DNA of 64,000 bases, taken from Oscillospiraceae bacterium. Lineage in GTDB: Bacteria; Bacteroidota; Bacteroidia; Bacteroidales; WCHB1-69. Every line of letters begins with the position of its first letter. Positions within the stretch are counted from its first letter, which is position 1. Both the position numbers and the translations under genes were made by a program. The notes beneath the pieces were generated by a model. It did not search any database. It was not told the origin of the DNA and worked only from the letters and a program-made list of their open reading frames with translations. Location of the stretch: contig CAVCMI010000009.1 in assembly GCA_963603365.1 (NCBI GenBank), forward strand, positions 9,346 to 73,345, written 5' to 3'. This document shows positions 26,977 to 37,392 of the stretch, piece by piece.

Positions 26977-28079
26977 AGATATATTTTTTTTAGGGTTTCT
27001 TCTTCGTTTTGCCAAGTCAATTTTTTTGCGGCCGTCTTGCAGTTCTCGCGGCACTGCTCATAGAGTCCTGGTGTTCCAATCATCTTTCGCACGGTGCCGG
27101 CAATAGCCTCGGGCGAGAGGTTTTCCGTAACGAGTCCTACACCGTAATGGCTGACAATGGCAGCACGCTCTGTAAGGTTAGACACAACTTGCGGTGTGCC
27201 GGCATGTATATACTCGAATATCTTGTTTGGCAGACTGAAGCGCAAGTTGGCGCTGATATCATGGTCGAGCGCCATGCCTATGTCTGCCAACGCTGTATAA
27301 TTAAACAAGTTCTGTTGGTCTTGCCTTCCGACGAAGGTGATTCTGTTTTCTATTTTGAGTTCTGCCGCCATCTCCTTGAGGCGCGGCAGCACATGGCCGT
27401 TCCCCACAATGAAAAGATGCGCTTGGGGCAGCAGTGCCATTGCCTGCACCAGTTCTTCGCCGCCGCGACCCTCGTCAATAGCATTGCCCTGCAAGATCAA
27501 AACGGTCTTGTCTGCGGGCATACCCAAAGATGCCTTAGTAGCTGTGATTTGCTGATTGCGTGCCGGCGGGATATTGCGCACCAGATACGGGCGTATTCCA
27601 TACTCTTTTTCGTATTGGTCCACAATAGACTGGCTGACCGTGATGACTTTTTTGAGTTTCGGAAAACAAAAACGTTCAATACTGCCCCAAACCTTCAAGG
27701 CAGCAGGATTGCTTACCACAGAGAGTTCTCCGCAGAAATACTCATGGCTGTCATAAACCAACTCTTTGTTGCGGATTCTGCTGACAAGGAAATTGGGGAG
27801 CAGCGTGTCCAGGTCATTGGCAATCAATATGTCGCACTTTTTGAAGAGCAGATAGAGAAACAGGCGTACATTGTATTCGGCATAAAAGAGACAGCCTTTA
27901 CGGAAGAGCAGCCTCAACCGCTTGGTTTTGTACCGTCTGGGTGACAATGCCGGAGAATTACTGTAACGGCGACCTACCAACGTCACCGTAAAACCGTTTC
28001 GCACAAGAAACTGCGCCACCTTGTCCACACGCGGATCCGTGTAGAGGTCGTTTGTGACAGACAATATGGCCCGTTTCAT
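26973..28079 (-). CDS. Glycosyltransferase family 4 (GT-B)
   Basis: Start at [18 protein letters not shown]. 368 aa with a C-terminal E..(7)E-type GT4 region (FSLPNKIFEYIHAGTP). It overlaps the secA stop by 1 nt and the downstream reductase start by 4 nt. Confidence 0.78.
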   Translation of the reverse strand: MKRAILSVTNDLYTDPRVDKVAQFLVRNGFTVTLVGRRYSNSPALSPRRYKTKRLRLLFRKGCLFYAEYNVRLFLYLLFKKCDILIANDLDTLLPNFLVSRIRNKELVYDSHEYFCGELSVVSNPAALKVWGSIERFCFPKLKKVITVSQSIVDQYEKEYGIRPYLVRNIPPARNQQITATKASLGMPADKTVLILQGNAIDEGRGGEELVQAMALLPQAHLFIVGNGHVLPRLKEMAAELKIENRITFVGRQDQQNLFNYTALADIGMALDHDISANLRFSLPNKIFEYIHAGTPQVVSNLTERAAIVSHYGVGLVTENLSPEAIAGTVRKMIGTPGLYEQCRENCKTAAKKLTWQNEEETLKKIYL

Positions 28080-31000
28080 TACTCGGTGACGTTGCGGCCG
28101 TGGCAGTTCTTGTACTTCTTTCCGCTGCCGCACGGGCAAGGGTCGTTACGACCCACCTTCTTCTCCACGCGGATCGGCTGGCTGCCTTTTCCGCCCTGTG
28201 CAACTTGCTTGCCTCCGCCCGGCACCTCTTCCCGCCCTGTTGTCAGTTTTTTGGCCTCTGACTGCGGCAGTTGGGCCTCTCTCATCTGTGCCGGCTCTTC
28301 AGCCATAGGAATGAAGCCCTTGTTCAAGAAACTGACAATTTCCTGGCTGATGCGGACAAGCAGCTGGTCGAAAAGGTTGAATGATTCGAGTTTGTAAATC
28401 AACAACGGGTCTTTCTGTTCGTAAGAGGCATTCTGCACGCTGTCTTTCAAGTCGTCCATGGCACGCAAGTGCTCTTTCCATGCATTGTCGATGACCGCCA
28501 ACGTGATGCCTTTCTCAAACGAGAGCCCCACCTCGCGGCCTTTCGTCTCATAGCACTTCTTAAGCGGTGCGACAATGCTGATGTTCTTGTTCCCGTCCGT
28601 GAACGGAATGGCGATATTCTGAAAGCGGTCGCCATGTTCCAGATACACCTTCTCGATAACGGGATAGGCTTGCTCGCTTACATGTTTGATCTTCTCTTTG
28701 TAATGGTCATAAACGAAAGGATAGAGTTGTTTCACCAAGTTCTGAGGGCGCTCCTGCAAGAAATAGGACTCCTCAAAAGGCGTTTCGACTCCGAAAACCT
28801 TGATCATATCCATGCTGAAAGACTCAAAATCCTTTTCTTCCCAGTTTCTGTTGACAATCGTTTCGCACACATCTTCAAACATTTGGGAAATGTCAATGGC
28901 GAGACGGTCGCCGAAGAGGGCGTTGCGTCTTTTCCGATAGATGGTGGAACGCTGTTTGTTCATCACATCGTCATACTCAAGCAGCCGTTTGCGGATGCCG
29001 AAGTTGTTCTCTTCCACCTTCTTTTGTGCGCGCTCGATAGATTTTGAAATCATCCTGTGTTGGATAACATCACCGTCCTGGTGTCCCATCTGGTCCATAA
29101 CCTTTGCGATACGGTCAGAACCGAACAGCCTCATCAAGTTATCCTCGAGGGAGACAAAAAACTGCGAGCTGCCGGGGTCGCCTTGACGGCCTGAACGTCC
29201 TCGAAGCTGGCGGTCCACGCGTCGCGAGTCGTGGCGTTCCGTGCCTATGATGGCGAGGCCGCCCTTTTCCCTGACTGCCGGGGTAAGCTTGATATCGGTA
29301 CCGCGGCCTGCCATATTTGTGGCAATGGTAATCGTGCCTTCGTGTCCGGCTTCTGCCACAATGTCGGCCTCTTTTTTGTGCAGTTTGGCATTCAACACGT
29401 TATGCGGCATCTTGCGCCGGGTCAAGATATTAGAAAGCAGTTCGGAGGTCTCCACCGAAGTGGTGCCCACCAACACGGGCCGTCCCTCCTCGTGCAGGCG
29501 GATAATCTCATCTACCACCGCCTTGTATTTTTCCCTTTTCGTCTTATAAACCAAATCATTGGCATCTTCCCTGATAACGGGTTTGTTTGTAGGGATAACC
29601 ACCACATCAAGTTTGTAGATGTTCCAAAACTCGCCGGCTTCTGTCTCTGCCGTACCGGTCATGCCGGCCAGCTTCTTATACATACGGAAATAATTCTGCA
29701 GCGTAATGGTGGCATAGGTCTGCGTGGCGGCTTCGACTTTCACGTTCTCCTTGGCCTCGATAGCTTGGTGCAAACCGTCAGAATAACGGCGGCCTTCCAT
29801 GATACGTCCCGTCTGTTCGTCCACGATTTTCACCTTGTTGTCAATAATGACATATTCCACATCCTTGGCAAACATCGTATAGGCTTTCAGCAGTTGATGA
29901 ATGGTATGGATGCGGTCGGAGGCTGCAGCAAAATTGGTATATATCTCATTTTTGCGAAGTGCTTTCTCCTGAGGCGTTAACGATTCCTTTTCCAATTCTG
30001 CTATTTCAACTCCCACATCGGGCATAATGAACATCTTGGCTTCATCGGCATCCTTGCTGACCAGGTCAATACCTTTTTCCATAATATCTACCGTGTTCTG
30101 CTTTTCCTCGATGACAAAATAGAGTTCATCGTCGATGAGCGGCATATTGCGGTTCTGGTCTTGCATATAGAAAGACTCTGTGCGTTGGAGGACCTGTTTC
30201 ATTCCGGGTTCGCTGAGAAACTTGATGAGCGCCGTATTCTTGGGCAGTCCACGATGGGCGCGCAGCAGCAGCATAGCGCTTTCATCCTGCGGTTTAGGAT
30301 CCGGGTTCTCTGCCAACAGTTTCTTGGCCTTTGCCAGGATTTCGGTCACGTATACGCGCTGGGCGTCATAGAGTTTCTGTACTATGGGCTTGTATTTGTC
30401 AAAATCCTGTTGGTCGCCTTTCGGCGTAGGGCCGGAGATAATAAGCGGGGTACGGGCATCGTCAATCAACACAGAGTCTACCTCATCCACAATAGCATAA
30501 TTGTGCGGACGTTGCACCAATTCGCCAATATTTCGTGCCATGTTGTCACGCAGGTAGTCGAAGCCGAACTCGTTGTTAGTGCCATAGGTAATGTCGGCAT
30601 TATAGGCGCGGCGGCGTTCGTCGGAGTTAGGCTCGTGCTTATCGATGCAGTCCACCGTCAGACCGAGAAACTCATAAAGGCGTCCCATCCATTCGGAGTC
30701 ACGTTTGGCAAGGTAGTCGTTGACCGTGACCACATGAACACCCTTGCCTGGCAGTGCGTTAAGGTAAACCGGCAGAGTAGCCACGAGTGTTTTCCCCTCT
30801 CCCGTCGCCATCTCGGCAATCTTGCCTTCGTGCAGCACAATGCCGCCGATAATCTGCACGTCATAGTGACACATGTCCCAGGTAATCATATTGCCGCCGG
30901 CTGACCATCTGTTGTGGTAGCGCGCCTTGTCACCGTCAATCTCTATGCCGTCGTGCGTGGCGGCAAGGTCACGGTCGAGCTGGGTGGCGGTCACCTCAAC

Positions 31001-31381
31001 ATACTCATTGTCCTTAAAACGCCGGGCGGCCTCCTTCATCACAGAAAAAGCCTCTGGCAAAATGTCGTCAAGCACCTCTTGAGTGGTCTTGTAAATCTTG
31101 TCCTCCAATTTTTCAACCTCCTTGTAGAGCCCCTGCTTCTCCTCAATGGGGAGATCGTAGTTCTCGTCAAGGTAAGATTTGATTTCTTTCAGGCGGAGTT
31201 CCTCCTTTTCTGTAGCCTTTCTTATCTGTTCTCTGAACTCTACGGTTTTGTGCCGCAATTCGTCCGTTGAAAGGTTCTTGATGGTCTCGTAAGCCTGCAG
31301 CGTTTTGGTCAGTTTTGGCTGCAGTTCTTTCATATCTCTGTCGGCCTTGGTGCCGAAAATCTTTGTCAGGAAATTTGCCAT
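28079..31381 (-). CDS. secA: Preprotein translocase ATPase SecA
   Basis: ATG start at [10 protein letters not shown] (the track start at 31387 is a TTG). DEAD-like motor motifs and a C-terminal Zn finger [14 protein letters not shown]. Confidence 0.97.
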   Translation of the reverse strand: MANFLTKIFGTKADRDMKELQPKLTKTLQAYETIKNLSTDELRHKTVEFREQIRKATEKEELRLKEIKSYLDENYDLPIEEKQGLYKEVEKLEDKIYKTTQEVLDDILPEAFSVMKEAARRFKDNEYVEVTATQLDRDLAATHDGIEIDGDKARYHNRWSAGGNMITWDMCHYDVQIIGGIVLHEGKIAEMATGEGKTLVATLPVYLNALPGKGVHVVTVNDYLAKRDSEWMGRLYEFLGLTVDCIDKHEPNSDERRRAYNADITYGTNNEFGFDYLRDNMARNIGELVQRPHNYAIVDEVDSVLIDDARTPLIISGPTPKGDQQDFDKYKPIVQKLYDAQRVYVTEILAKAKKLLAENPDPKPQDESAMLLLRAHRGLPKNTALIKFLSEPGMKQVLQRTESFYMQDQNRNMPLIDDELYFVIEEKQNTVDIMEKGIDLVSKDADEAKMFIMPDVGVEIAELEKESLTPQEKALRKNEIYTNFAAASDRIHTIHQLLKAYTMFAKDVEYVIIDNKVKIVDEQTGRIMEGRRYSDGLHQAIEAKENVKVEAATQTYATITLQNYFRMYKKLAGMTGTAETEAGEFWNIYKLDVVVIPTNKPVIREDANDLVYKTKREKYKAVVDEIIRLHEEGRPVLVGTTSVETSELLSNILTRRKMPHNVLNAKLHKKEADIVAEAGHEGTITIATNMAGRGTDIKLTPAVREKGGLAIIGTERHDSRRVDRQLRGRSGRQGDPGSSQFFVSLEDNLMRLFGSDRIAKVMDQMGHQDGDVIQHRMISKSIERAQKKVEENNFGIRKRLLEYDDVMNKQRSTIYRKRRNALFGDRLAIDISQMFEDVCETIVNRNWEEKDFESFSMDMIKVFGVETPFEESYFLQERPQNLVKQLYPFVYDHYKEKIKHVSEQAYPVIEKVYLEHGDRFQNIAIPFTDGNKNISIVAPLKKCYETKGREVGLSFEKGITLAVIDNAWKEHLRAMDDLKDSVQNASYEQKDPLLIYKLESFNLFDQLLVRISQEIVSFLNKGFIPMAEEPAQMREAQLPQSEAKKLTTGREEVPGGGKQVAQGGKGSQPIRVEKKVGRNDPCPCGSGKKYKNCHGRNVTE

Positions 31382-31403
31382 ATTCAAACGGGTTTAAAGT
31401 TGG

Positions 31404-31411
31404 CAAAAATA
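31404..31411 (-). promoter_or_regulatory. -7 box (TATTTTTG on minus strand) upstream of secA
   Basis: The reverse complement of CAAAAATA, 23 nt upstream of the ATG. Confidence 0.5.
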
Positions 31412-31555
31412 CAAAAATTGTGCCATAAGGATAAAACTGACGAATTGGCTGACCCGAACTTTTTTGCACTCCTTTCAATAATAATATGCACCCGTTTCCG
31501 TTGAACGCTTACCTGATTTGTCACAAACAGGCTTTTTTACATCACAATCTTTAAG

Positions 31556-32578
31556 ATGAAGCGAAAACCGATCATTCTCTTGAGCATCATAGGCCTGGTC
31601 ACACTGCTGCTATGCGGTGCTGCAGGCTTGGTCATATTCGGCCCCAACACGCTGAACAAGACAGCGGTCTCCGTTACCGTGCCGCGCAACGCTGACTACG
31701 AACAATTGCTCGACACGTTGGAAAGCCATGGTATCCTGCGGAGCGAAACTACCTTTTTTATGGTCTCCAAGGCTATGAAATTCAAAACGGTGCGTGTTGG
31801 GCACTACACCATAACGCCAAACATGAGCAACTACAAATTGGTCAGGCTGCTGCGCTCAGGTCAGCACTATCCCGTCTGCTTCTCGTTCAACAACGTCAGA
31901 ACTCTCGACCAGTTTGCAGAAAAAGCTGCCAACACATTCTTTTTCAGCAAAGAAGAGTTGCAGGCATTGCTGTATGACCCGGTTTTTCTGAAAAAATACG
32001 ATATGAACGTCTTCACTTGTCCGGCAATGTTCATCCCTGACAGTTACGAATTTTTTTACGATGTCACCCCCGAAGGCTTTGTAAACCGGATGTTCCGGTA
32101 CTACCAGTTATTTTGGGACAAGAAACGGCTTGAACGAGCCGAAGCCATCGGGCTTTCCCCCGTAGAGGTTGTGACTTTGGCCTCGATTGTTGAAGAAGAG
32201 AACTGCCGTCCGTCCGAGAAAGCCGTCATTGCGGGACTCTATATGAACAGACTGAAAAAGAACATGCTTTTGCAGTCGGACCCCACTGTCAAATTTGCCC
32301 TGCGCGACTTTTCGCGCCAGCGGATCCTGAATGCCGACCTGCAGATAGACTCTCCGTACAACACCTACAAATTCAAGGGGTTGCCGCCCGGCCCCATACG
32401 TTTTCCTGAAGCCTCTACAATTGATTCTGTGCTGCATTATGCACACCATAATTATCTGTACATGTGCGCCAAGGAAGACTTTTCGGGATTCCACAATTTT
32501 ACGTCAAGCGCGGGACAACATACCCGGAACGCCATGCGGTACCGGGCCGCATTGAACAGACGCAACATCAAACGCTGA
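31556..32578 (+). CDS. mltG: Endolytic murein transglycosylase MltG (YceG-like)
   Basis: 340 aa with an N-terminal TM anchor and LASIVEEE...QSDPTV...YNTY...GLPPGPI motifs. Confidence 0.88.
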   Translation: MKRKPIILLSIIGLVTLLLCGAAGLVIFGPNTLNKTAVSVTVPRNADYEQLLDTLESHGILRSETTFFMVSKAMKFKTVRVGHYTITPNMSNYKLVRLLRSGQHYPVCFSFNNVRTLDQFAEKAANTFFFSKEELQALLYDPVFLKKYDMNVFTCPAMFIPDSYEFFYDVTPEGFVNRMFRYYQLFWDKKRLERAEAIGLSPVEVVTLASIVEEENCRPSEKAVIAGLYMNRLKKNMLLQSDPTVKFALRDFSRQRILNADLQIDSPYNTYKFKGLPPGPIRFPEASTIDSVLHYAHHNYLYMCAKEDFSGFHNFTSSAGQHTRNAMRYRAALNRRNIKR

Positions 32579-32590
32579 ACAACATTTGTT

Positions 32591-33541
32591 ATGGAAAACA
32601 CAAAACGCATCAGCATAGACATCGGCGGCACCAACACCGTTTTCGGGCTTGTGGACGGCAATGGCACCATCGTAGAGAGATGTGCCGTAAAGACCCAAGA
32701 CTACCGGACTATGGCACAATACATCGGGGCGATAGAAGAAAACATAGTCCGTTTTAAGACGACGTGCGGCAACGGCGGCGTGCTTGGCATCGGCATTGGA
32801 GCGCCGGGCGGCAACTTCTACAAAGGCTGCATCGAGGCAAAAGCCGTCAACCTGCCCGTCAAAGAGTGCATTCCGCTGAAACAGATTTTGGAACGCGACC
32901 TTCATCTGCCGGTAACGGTGGACAATGACGCCAATGCTGCTGCATACGGGGAACTGGTGTTCGGCGGGGCTGCAGGCATGCGCGACATCATCATGATTAC
33001 GCTCGGCACCGGTGTGGGCAGTGGCATCGTTATTGACGGCAAACTTGTGCACGGCTATTCCGGACTCGCCGGCGAACTCGGTCACAGCACTGTGTTCCCC
33101 AGCGGAAGAACCTGCCACTGCGGACGAAAAGGATGCCTCGAAGCATACGCCTCGGCTGACGGCATCTGCAACAATTTCAAAGAACTGCTTGAGCATCAAG
33201 GGAAGCCGCTCTCGCCGGCACAGGCAGAGACACTTACTTGCAAGCAAATCGGTGAACTTGCCGCAAGTGGTGACCCTACGGCTGCCGCGGCGTACGACAA
33301 GGCGGCTTACGCCTTAGGCATCGCACTCGCCAATGCCGTAAACCTCTCGTCGCCGCAAGCCATCTTCATAGCCGGAGGCCCTGCGCGCGTGGGCGACATC
33401 CTTATGAAACCGCTGCGGAAACATTTCAGCGAACATCTGCTCTTTCTGTACCATGGCAGCGTGACTTTGCAACAATCTGCCCTCCCTGACAACGATGCCG
33501 CTCTGCTGGGAGCCGCTGCTCTGTGTCAATGCAAAAAATAG
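32591..33541 (+). CDS. ROK family sugar kinase (glucokinase-like)
   Basis: 316 aa with DIGGTN and the ROK Zn motif CHCGRKGCLE. Confidence 0.8.
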   Translation: MENTKRISIDIGGTNTVFGLVDGNGTIVERCAVKTQDYRTMAQYIGAIEENIVRFKTTCGNGGVLGIGIGAPGGNFYKGCIEAKAVNLPVKECIPLKQILERDLHLPVTVDNDANAAAYGELVFGGAAGMRDIIMITLGTGVGSGIVIDGKLVHGYSGLAGELGHSTVFPSGRTCHCGRKGCLEAYASADGICNNFKELLEHQGKPLSPAQAETLTCKQIGELAASGDPTAAAAYDKAAYALGIALANAVNLSSPQAIFIAGGPARVGDILMKPLRKHFSEHLLFLYHGSVTLQQSALPDNDAALLGAAALCQCKK

Positions 33542-33757
33542 AACTGTTTTCCCACTTGACATTCTGCCCTTTCTTTTACATTTGGGGTTAAAAGAGAAAA
33601 GACGTATGACAATGAACAAGTGTACACTTTTAGCGGACAGCCTTAAGGCCGCGATGCGTGTATAGTCGATCGGAGAGCATTATCAACACAAGATTGTTTG
33701 TAACATATCCGCCCGGATTTCTTTTCGTTTGCGCCATTTTTTGCTATTTTAGCAGCC

Positions 33758-33876
33758 TCATAATGACACGCCGAAAAAAGAGACAACTGTTTTTTGCATA
33801 AACAATTACGATAGTTTTTCTGACAACAGAAACCAAATTCTGCGCAGCATTTCATTATGAGCCGGAAAAAAGACAC
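33758..33876 (+). promoter_or_regulatory. Two copies of a palindrome-plus-A-tract element (TCATwATGA..GCCGrAAAAAAGA) in the nrdJ upstream region
   Basis: Copy 1 is 33758-33785 (TCATAATGAcacGCCGAAAAAAGAGACA). Copy 2 is 33852-33876 (TCATTATGA-GCCGGAAAAAAGACAC). CTCATAATGA (33757-33766) is also the exact reverse complement of TCATTATGAG (33852-33861). Function is unknown. Confidence 0.3.
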
Positions 33877-33902
33877 GAACGATTAAATGCCGACCATTGC
33901 CT

Positions 33903-36569
33903 ATGAATGATTTATCCCTTTTTGTATCAAATAACAACACCGCCCCTGACGAGAACGCATCTGAAAGCCAAACCATGCCTGACAGTACGGATCGGGCAAA
34001 TCCACTGGGGACAGGGGATTCCACACTGCAGCCGGAGATCCGCAGAACATACACCAAGACGGAGATTTTCGCAGATGTGGTGAACTACTTCGGCGGCGAT
34101 GAATTGGCGGCCGGTGTGTGGATAGACAAGTATGCGCTGAAAGACAAGGACGGCAATCTTGTAGAACGGACGCCCGAAGAGATGCACCGCCGCCTCGCAC
34201 GCGAGTTTGCCCGCATCGAGAGCCGCTATGTAAACCCGATGGACGAGGATTTCATCTTCTCTCTGTTCGACCATTTCAAATACGTTGTTCCACAAGGCAG
34301 TCCGATGGCCGGCATCGGCAACAACGACCAGATTGTTTCCCTGTCCAACTGCTTCGTCATCGGCAATGCCGGCAACTCCGACTCGTACGGCGGCATCTTG
34401 AAAATGGACGAAGAACAGGTGCAGCTGATGAAACGGCGCGGCGGCGTGGGGCACGACCTTTCCGACATCCGTCCGGCGGGCAGCCGCGTGCAGAACTGCG
34501 CCCTGAGCTCTACCGGCGTGGTGCCGTTTATGGAACGCTACTCCAACTCTACGCGCGAGGTGGCGCAAGACGGCAGACGCGGCGCGCTTATGCTCTCCAT
34601 TGCCATCAAACACCCCGACTCTGAACAGTTCATCGATGCCAAAATGACCGAAGGGAAAGTTACCGGCGCCAATGTCTCCGTCAAAATCGACGACGATTTT
34701 ATGGAATGCGTACGCAACAATACTCCTTACGTCCTGCAATACCCCATAGATTCAGCCAACCCCGACTTCACAAAGGAGATTGATGCAACAAAACTTTGGA
34801 AGAAGATCATACACAACGCCTGGAAATCGGCCGAACCCGGAGTTCTCTATTGGGATACCATTCTGCGCGAGTCGGTGCCCGACTGCTACAAAGACGAGGG
34901 CTTCGGCACCGTGTCCACGAACCCCTGCGGAGAAATCCCGCTCTGCCCTTACGACAGCTGCCGCCTGATAGCCATAAATCTCTACAGTTATGTGGAAAAC
35001 CCGTTCACAGACAAAGCCTTTTTCAATATGCCGCTCTTCAAAGAGCACGTGCAGCATGCCCAACGGCTGATGGACGACCTCATCGACCTTGAGATGGAAA
35101 AGATCGACCGTATTTTGGAGAAAATAGCGCGCGACCCGGAAAGCGACGATATCAAACGGGTGGAGAAAGAGCTTTGGCTCAAAATTCGCTTGCAGTCAGC
35201 CAAAGGAAGGCGCACTGGGCTTGGCATAACAAGCGAGGGCGATATGCTTGCCGCATTGAACATCCGCTACGGCTCCGACGAAGGGAATGCCTTCTCTACC
35301 GAGGTACACAAGCAACTGGCTCTCGCAGCATACCGTTCTTCTGTGACCATGGCCAAGGAGCGCGGGGCTTTCCCCATCTACAGCTGCATAAAAGAGGGAC
35401 ATAACCCCTTCATCCAACGCTTGCGTCAAGCCGACCCGAAACTATACGATGACATGATCCGCTACGGACGCCGCAACATCGCCCTGCTGACCATCGCTCC
35501 TACGGGAAGCGTGAGCATCTGCACCCAAACGACCTCCGGGCTCGAACCCGCATTCAACGTCATCTACAAACGCCGCCGAAAGGTCAACCCCAACGACATG
35601 TCCATTAAAAAGACAACTGTAAAAGATGTGATGGGCGACAAATTTGAAGAATATCTCGTCTTTCACCAGAAGTTCCTCAAATGGGCAGAAGTCAACGGCT
35701 ATACTTACGACCAAATGACCCAAATGGACGAAAAAGAACTTCAGCAACTGGTGGAAAAGTCGCCGTACTATAAATCTACCGCCGCCGACACGGACTATCT
35801 CAAAAAAGTCGAGCTTCAAGGTTCCGTACAGAAATGGGTTGACCACTCCATTTCCGTCACCGTGAATTTGCCCGCCGACGTCTCGGAGCAGACCGTGGCC
35901 GACCTCTATATGAAAGCCTGGCAAGTAGGCTGCAAAGGGCTCACCGTATATCGGGAGGGTTCGCGCGACGGCGTGCTCATCACCCCGACAAGCGAGAAAA
36001 AAACCGCCGCTCTTCCCAAGAATTTCAAACGTCCCAAAGAACTGCAAGCGGACATTATCCACTTCAAGAACAACAACGAAGACTGGGTCGCCTACATCGG
36101 GCTGTACAACGGCAAACCGTACGAGATTTTCACAGGAAAGACCGGCGAGGAGAATTTCCAACTGCCCAAATGGGTCGAGCATGGGTTCATCATCAAAAAC
36201 AGACACGAAGACGGCACCAAGTCGTACGATTTCAGATACTACGACAAGGCCGGATATGAAGTCATCTTGCGTGGACTTGACCGTTGCTTTAATCAGGAGT
36301 TCTGGAATTATGCCAAAATGACCTCCGCGTTGCTGCGCAACGGCATACCTGTCAACAATATCGTCAACATCATCTCCGGGCTCAATTTCAGGCAAGAGAG
36401 CATCAACTCATGGCGCAACGGCGTATGCCGGGCTCTCAAGAAATTCATTCAGGACGGCACGAAACAGAAAGGCGTGGAATGCCCAAATTGCCACCGCCTT
36501 GACTCTATGGAATTCAAGGAAGGATGCCTTGTTTGTTCCAATTGCGGATACTCTAAATGCGGATCCTGA
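33903..36569 (+). CDS. nrdJ: Adenosylcobalamin-dependent (class II) ribonucleotide reductase
   Basis: About 888 aa with YFGGDELAAGVWIDKYALKD, active-site loop TNPCGEIPL and a C-terminal Zn-ribbon CPNC..x..CSNC. Start is ambiguous: ATG 33903, or 33975 (MPDS...). An N-terminal low-complexity segment of about 45 aa precedes the conserved core. Confidence 0.9.
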   Translation: MNDLSLFVSNNNTAPDENASESQTMPDSTDRANPLGTGDSTLQPEIRRTYTKTEIFADVVNYFGGDELAAGVWIDKYALKDKDGNLVERTPEEMHRRLAREFARIESRYVNPMDEDFIFSLFDHFKYVVPQGSPMAGIGNNDQIVSLSNCFVIGNAGNSDSYGGILKMDEEQVQLMKRRGGVGHDLSDIRPAGSRVQNCALSSTGVVPFMERYSNSTREVAQDGRRGALMLSIAIKHPDSEQFIDAKMTEGKVTGANVSVKIDDDFMECVRNNTPYVLQYPIDSANPDFTKEIDATKLWKKIIHNAWKSAEPGVLYWDTILRESVPDCYKDEGFGTVSTNPCGEIPLCPYDSCRLIAINLYSYVENPFTDKAFFNMPLFKEHVQHAQRLMDDLIDLEMEKIDRILEKIARDPESDDIKRVEKELWLKIRLQSAKGRRTGLGITSEGDMLAALNIRYGSDEGNAFSTEVHKQLALAAYRSSVTMAKERGAFPIYSCIKEGHNPFIQRLRQADPKLYDDMIRYGRRNIALLTIAPTGSVSICTQTTSGLEPAFNVIYKRRRKVNPNDMSIKKTTVKDVMGDKFEEYLVFHQKFLKWAEVNGYTYDQMTQMDEKELQQLVEKSPYYKSTAADTDYLKKVELQGSVQKWVDHSISVTVNLPADVSEQTVADLYMKAWQVGCKGLTVYREGSRDGVLITPTSEKKTAALPKNFKRPKELQADIIHFKNNNEDWVAYIGLYNGKPYEIFTGKTGEENFQLPKWVEHGFIIKNRHEDGTKSYDFRYYDKAGYEVILRGLDRCFNQEFWNYAKMTSALLRNGIPVNNIVNIISGLNFRQESINSWRNGVCRALKKFIQDGTKQKGVECPNCHRLDSMEFKEGCLVCSNCGYSKCGS

Positions 36570-36587
36570 CCAAGTTAATGCAAAGAA

Positions 36588-37340
36588 ATGGATAACAATA
36601 GCAACATCGTCAATTTATTTATCCCTTGCCAGATGGATATGTTCCAGCCTAACACGGCATTCAGCGTCATCAGCATACTGGAGCGCATCGGTGTCAGAAG
36701 CCAGTATTTTGAAGAGCAGACCTGCTGCGGACGACGTTTCTTTATGGAGGGCGAACTGGAATATGCCGAAGATCTGGCAAGTCAGATATTACAGAATTAT
36801 AAAGAATATAACGAGAAAGTACGATTCCCGTTTGTGATACCCGACTGTGGTTGTGCAGGATATATGAAGAAAACTTACCGGAAAGTATTGGAAAACTCGG
36901 TTCAGAACAAAGACCTTGAGTTTTTTTCGCAAAACGTCTGGGAATTGTGCGACTACATTGTCAACGTCAAGCGCATAGAATGTCTGGACAATACGTTTGA
37001 GGGGGATGTCTTCTACTTCAAGTCATGTGCAGCGCGCAACCTCTACCCCTCCAATGACGCGCCCGAAACCCTGCTGCGCAACACAAAAGGACTCAATCTG
37101 ATACAAAACGGAGAACTGAACACCTGTTGCGGTGCAAATGGGCGTTTCGCCTTGTCAAATCCCACAGACATGGAATGTCTTACGGGAGAGATTGTCAGAA
37201 CAATCACGGAAACCTCCCGCATAGACTACATCACCTCCACCGACATCCATTGTCTTCAGCATATAGATGCCTATAAGGAAGCGCACGGCTTGGACTTTGA
37301 AGTCATCCATATTGCCGACATTCTAAAAGGGGAACAATAA
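36588..37340 (+). CDS. LutA-like (Fe-S)-binding protein with two CCG cysteine-rich domains
   Basis: 250 aa with LFIPCQMDMFQP...CCGRRF and FKSCAA...CCGANGRF. The architecture and length match LutA/GlcF/HdrB-type CCG proteins. No lutB/lutC is adjacent. Confidence 0.72.
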   Translation: MDNNSNIVNLFIPCQMDMFQPNTAFSVISILERIGVRSQYFEEQTCCGRRFFMEGELEYAEDLASQILQNYKEYNEKVRFPFVIPDCGCAGYMKKTYRKVLENSVQNKDLEFFSQNVWELCDYIVNVKRIECLDNTFEGDVFYFKSCAARNLYPSNDAPETLLRNTKGLNLIQNGELNTCCGANGRFALSNPTDMECLTGEIVRTITETSRIDYITSTDIHCLQHIDAYKEAHGLDFEVIHIADILKGEQ

Positions 37341-37392
37341 CATATCTTTCATAAGGAAAAGAACCCAGAAGAAACGCATAATGTAAAAAAAT

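Noticed and set aside
26104-27944. Two plus-strand ORFs of 319 and 311 aa opposite the CoADR-rhodanese and GT4 genes
   Set aside because: Both are antisense shadow ORFs. The minus-strand genes carry the diagnostic motifs (SYANCGLPY, rhodanese Cys, GT4 C-terminal motif).
28469-30904. Three plus-strand ORFs of 192-249 aa opposite secA
   Set aside because: They are antisense to secA. None has a promoter box or motifs.
31382-31387. Track start of secA at 31387
   Set aside because: That codon is TTG. The ATG two codons downstream gives the canonical [11 protein letters not shown]-terminus.
33643-33876. 77-aa Cys-rich minus-strand ORF (MSFFRLIMKCCAEFGFCCQKNYRNCLCKK...) in the nrdJ upstream region
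   Set aside because: I found no -7 box upstream on that strand. It overlaps the putative nrdJ promoter and leader, and its composition looks like chance translation of A/T-rich DNA. A small Cys-rich peptide cannot be fully excluded without conservation data.
33541-33902. Possible cobalamin riboswitch or NrdR boxes upstream of nrdJ
   Set aside because: I could not find a B12-box-like core (for example GCCACTG) or NrdR-type palindromes. A B12 riboswitch repressing a B12-dependent enzyme would also be counter-intuitive. The repeated palindromic element is reported separately as unexplained.
35442-36395. 317-aa minus-strand ORF inside nrdJ
   Set aside because: It is antisense to nrdJ with no recognisable domain. 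The same explanation applies as for the other shadow ORFs.
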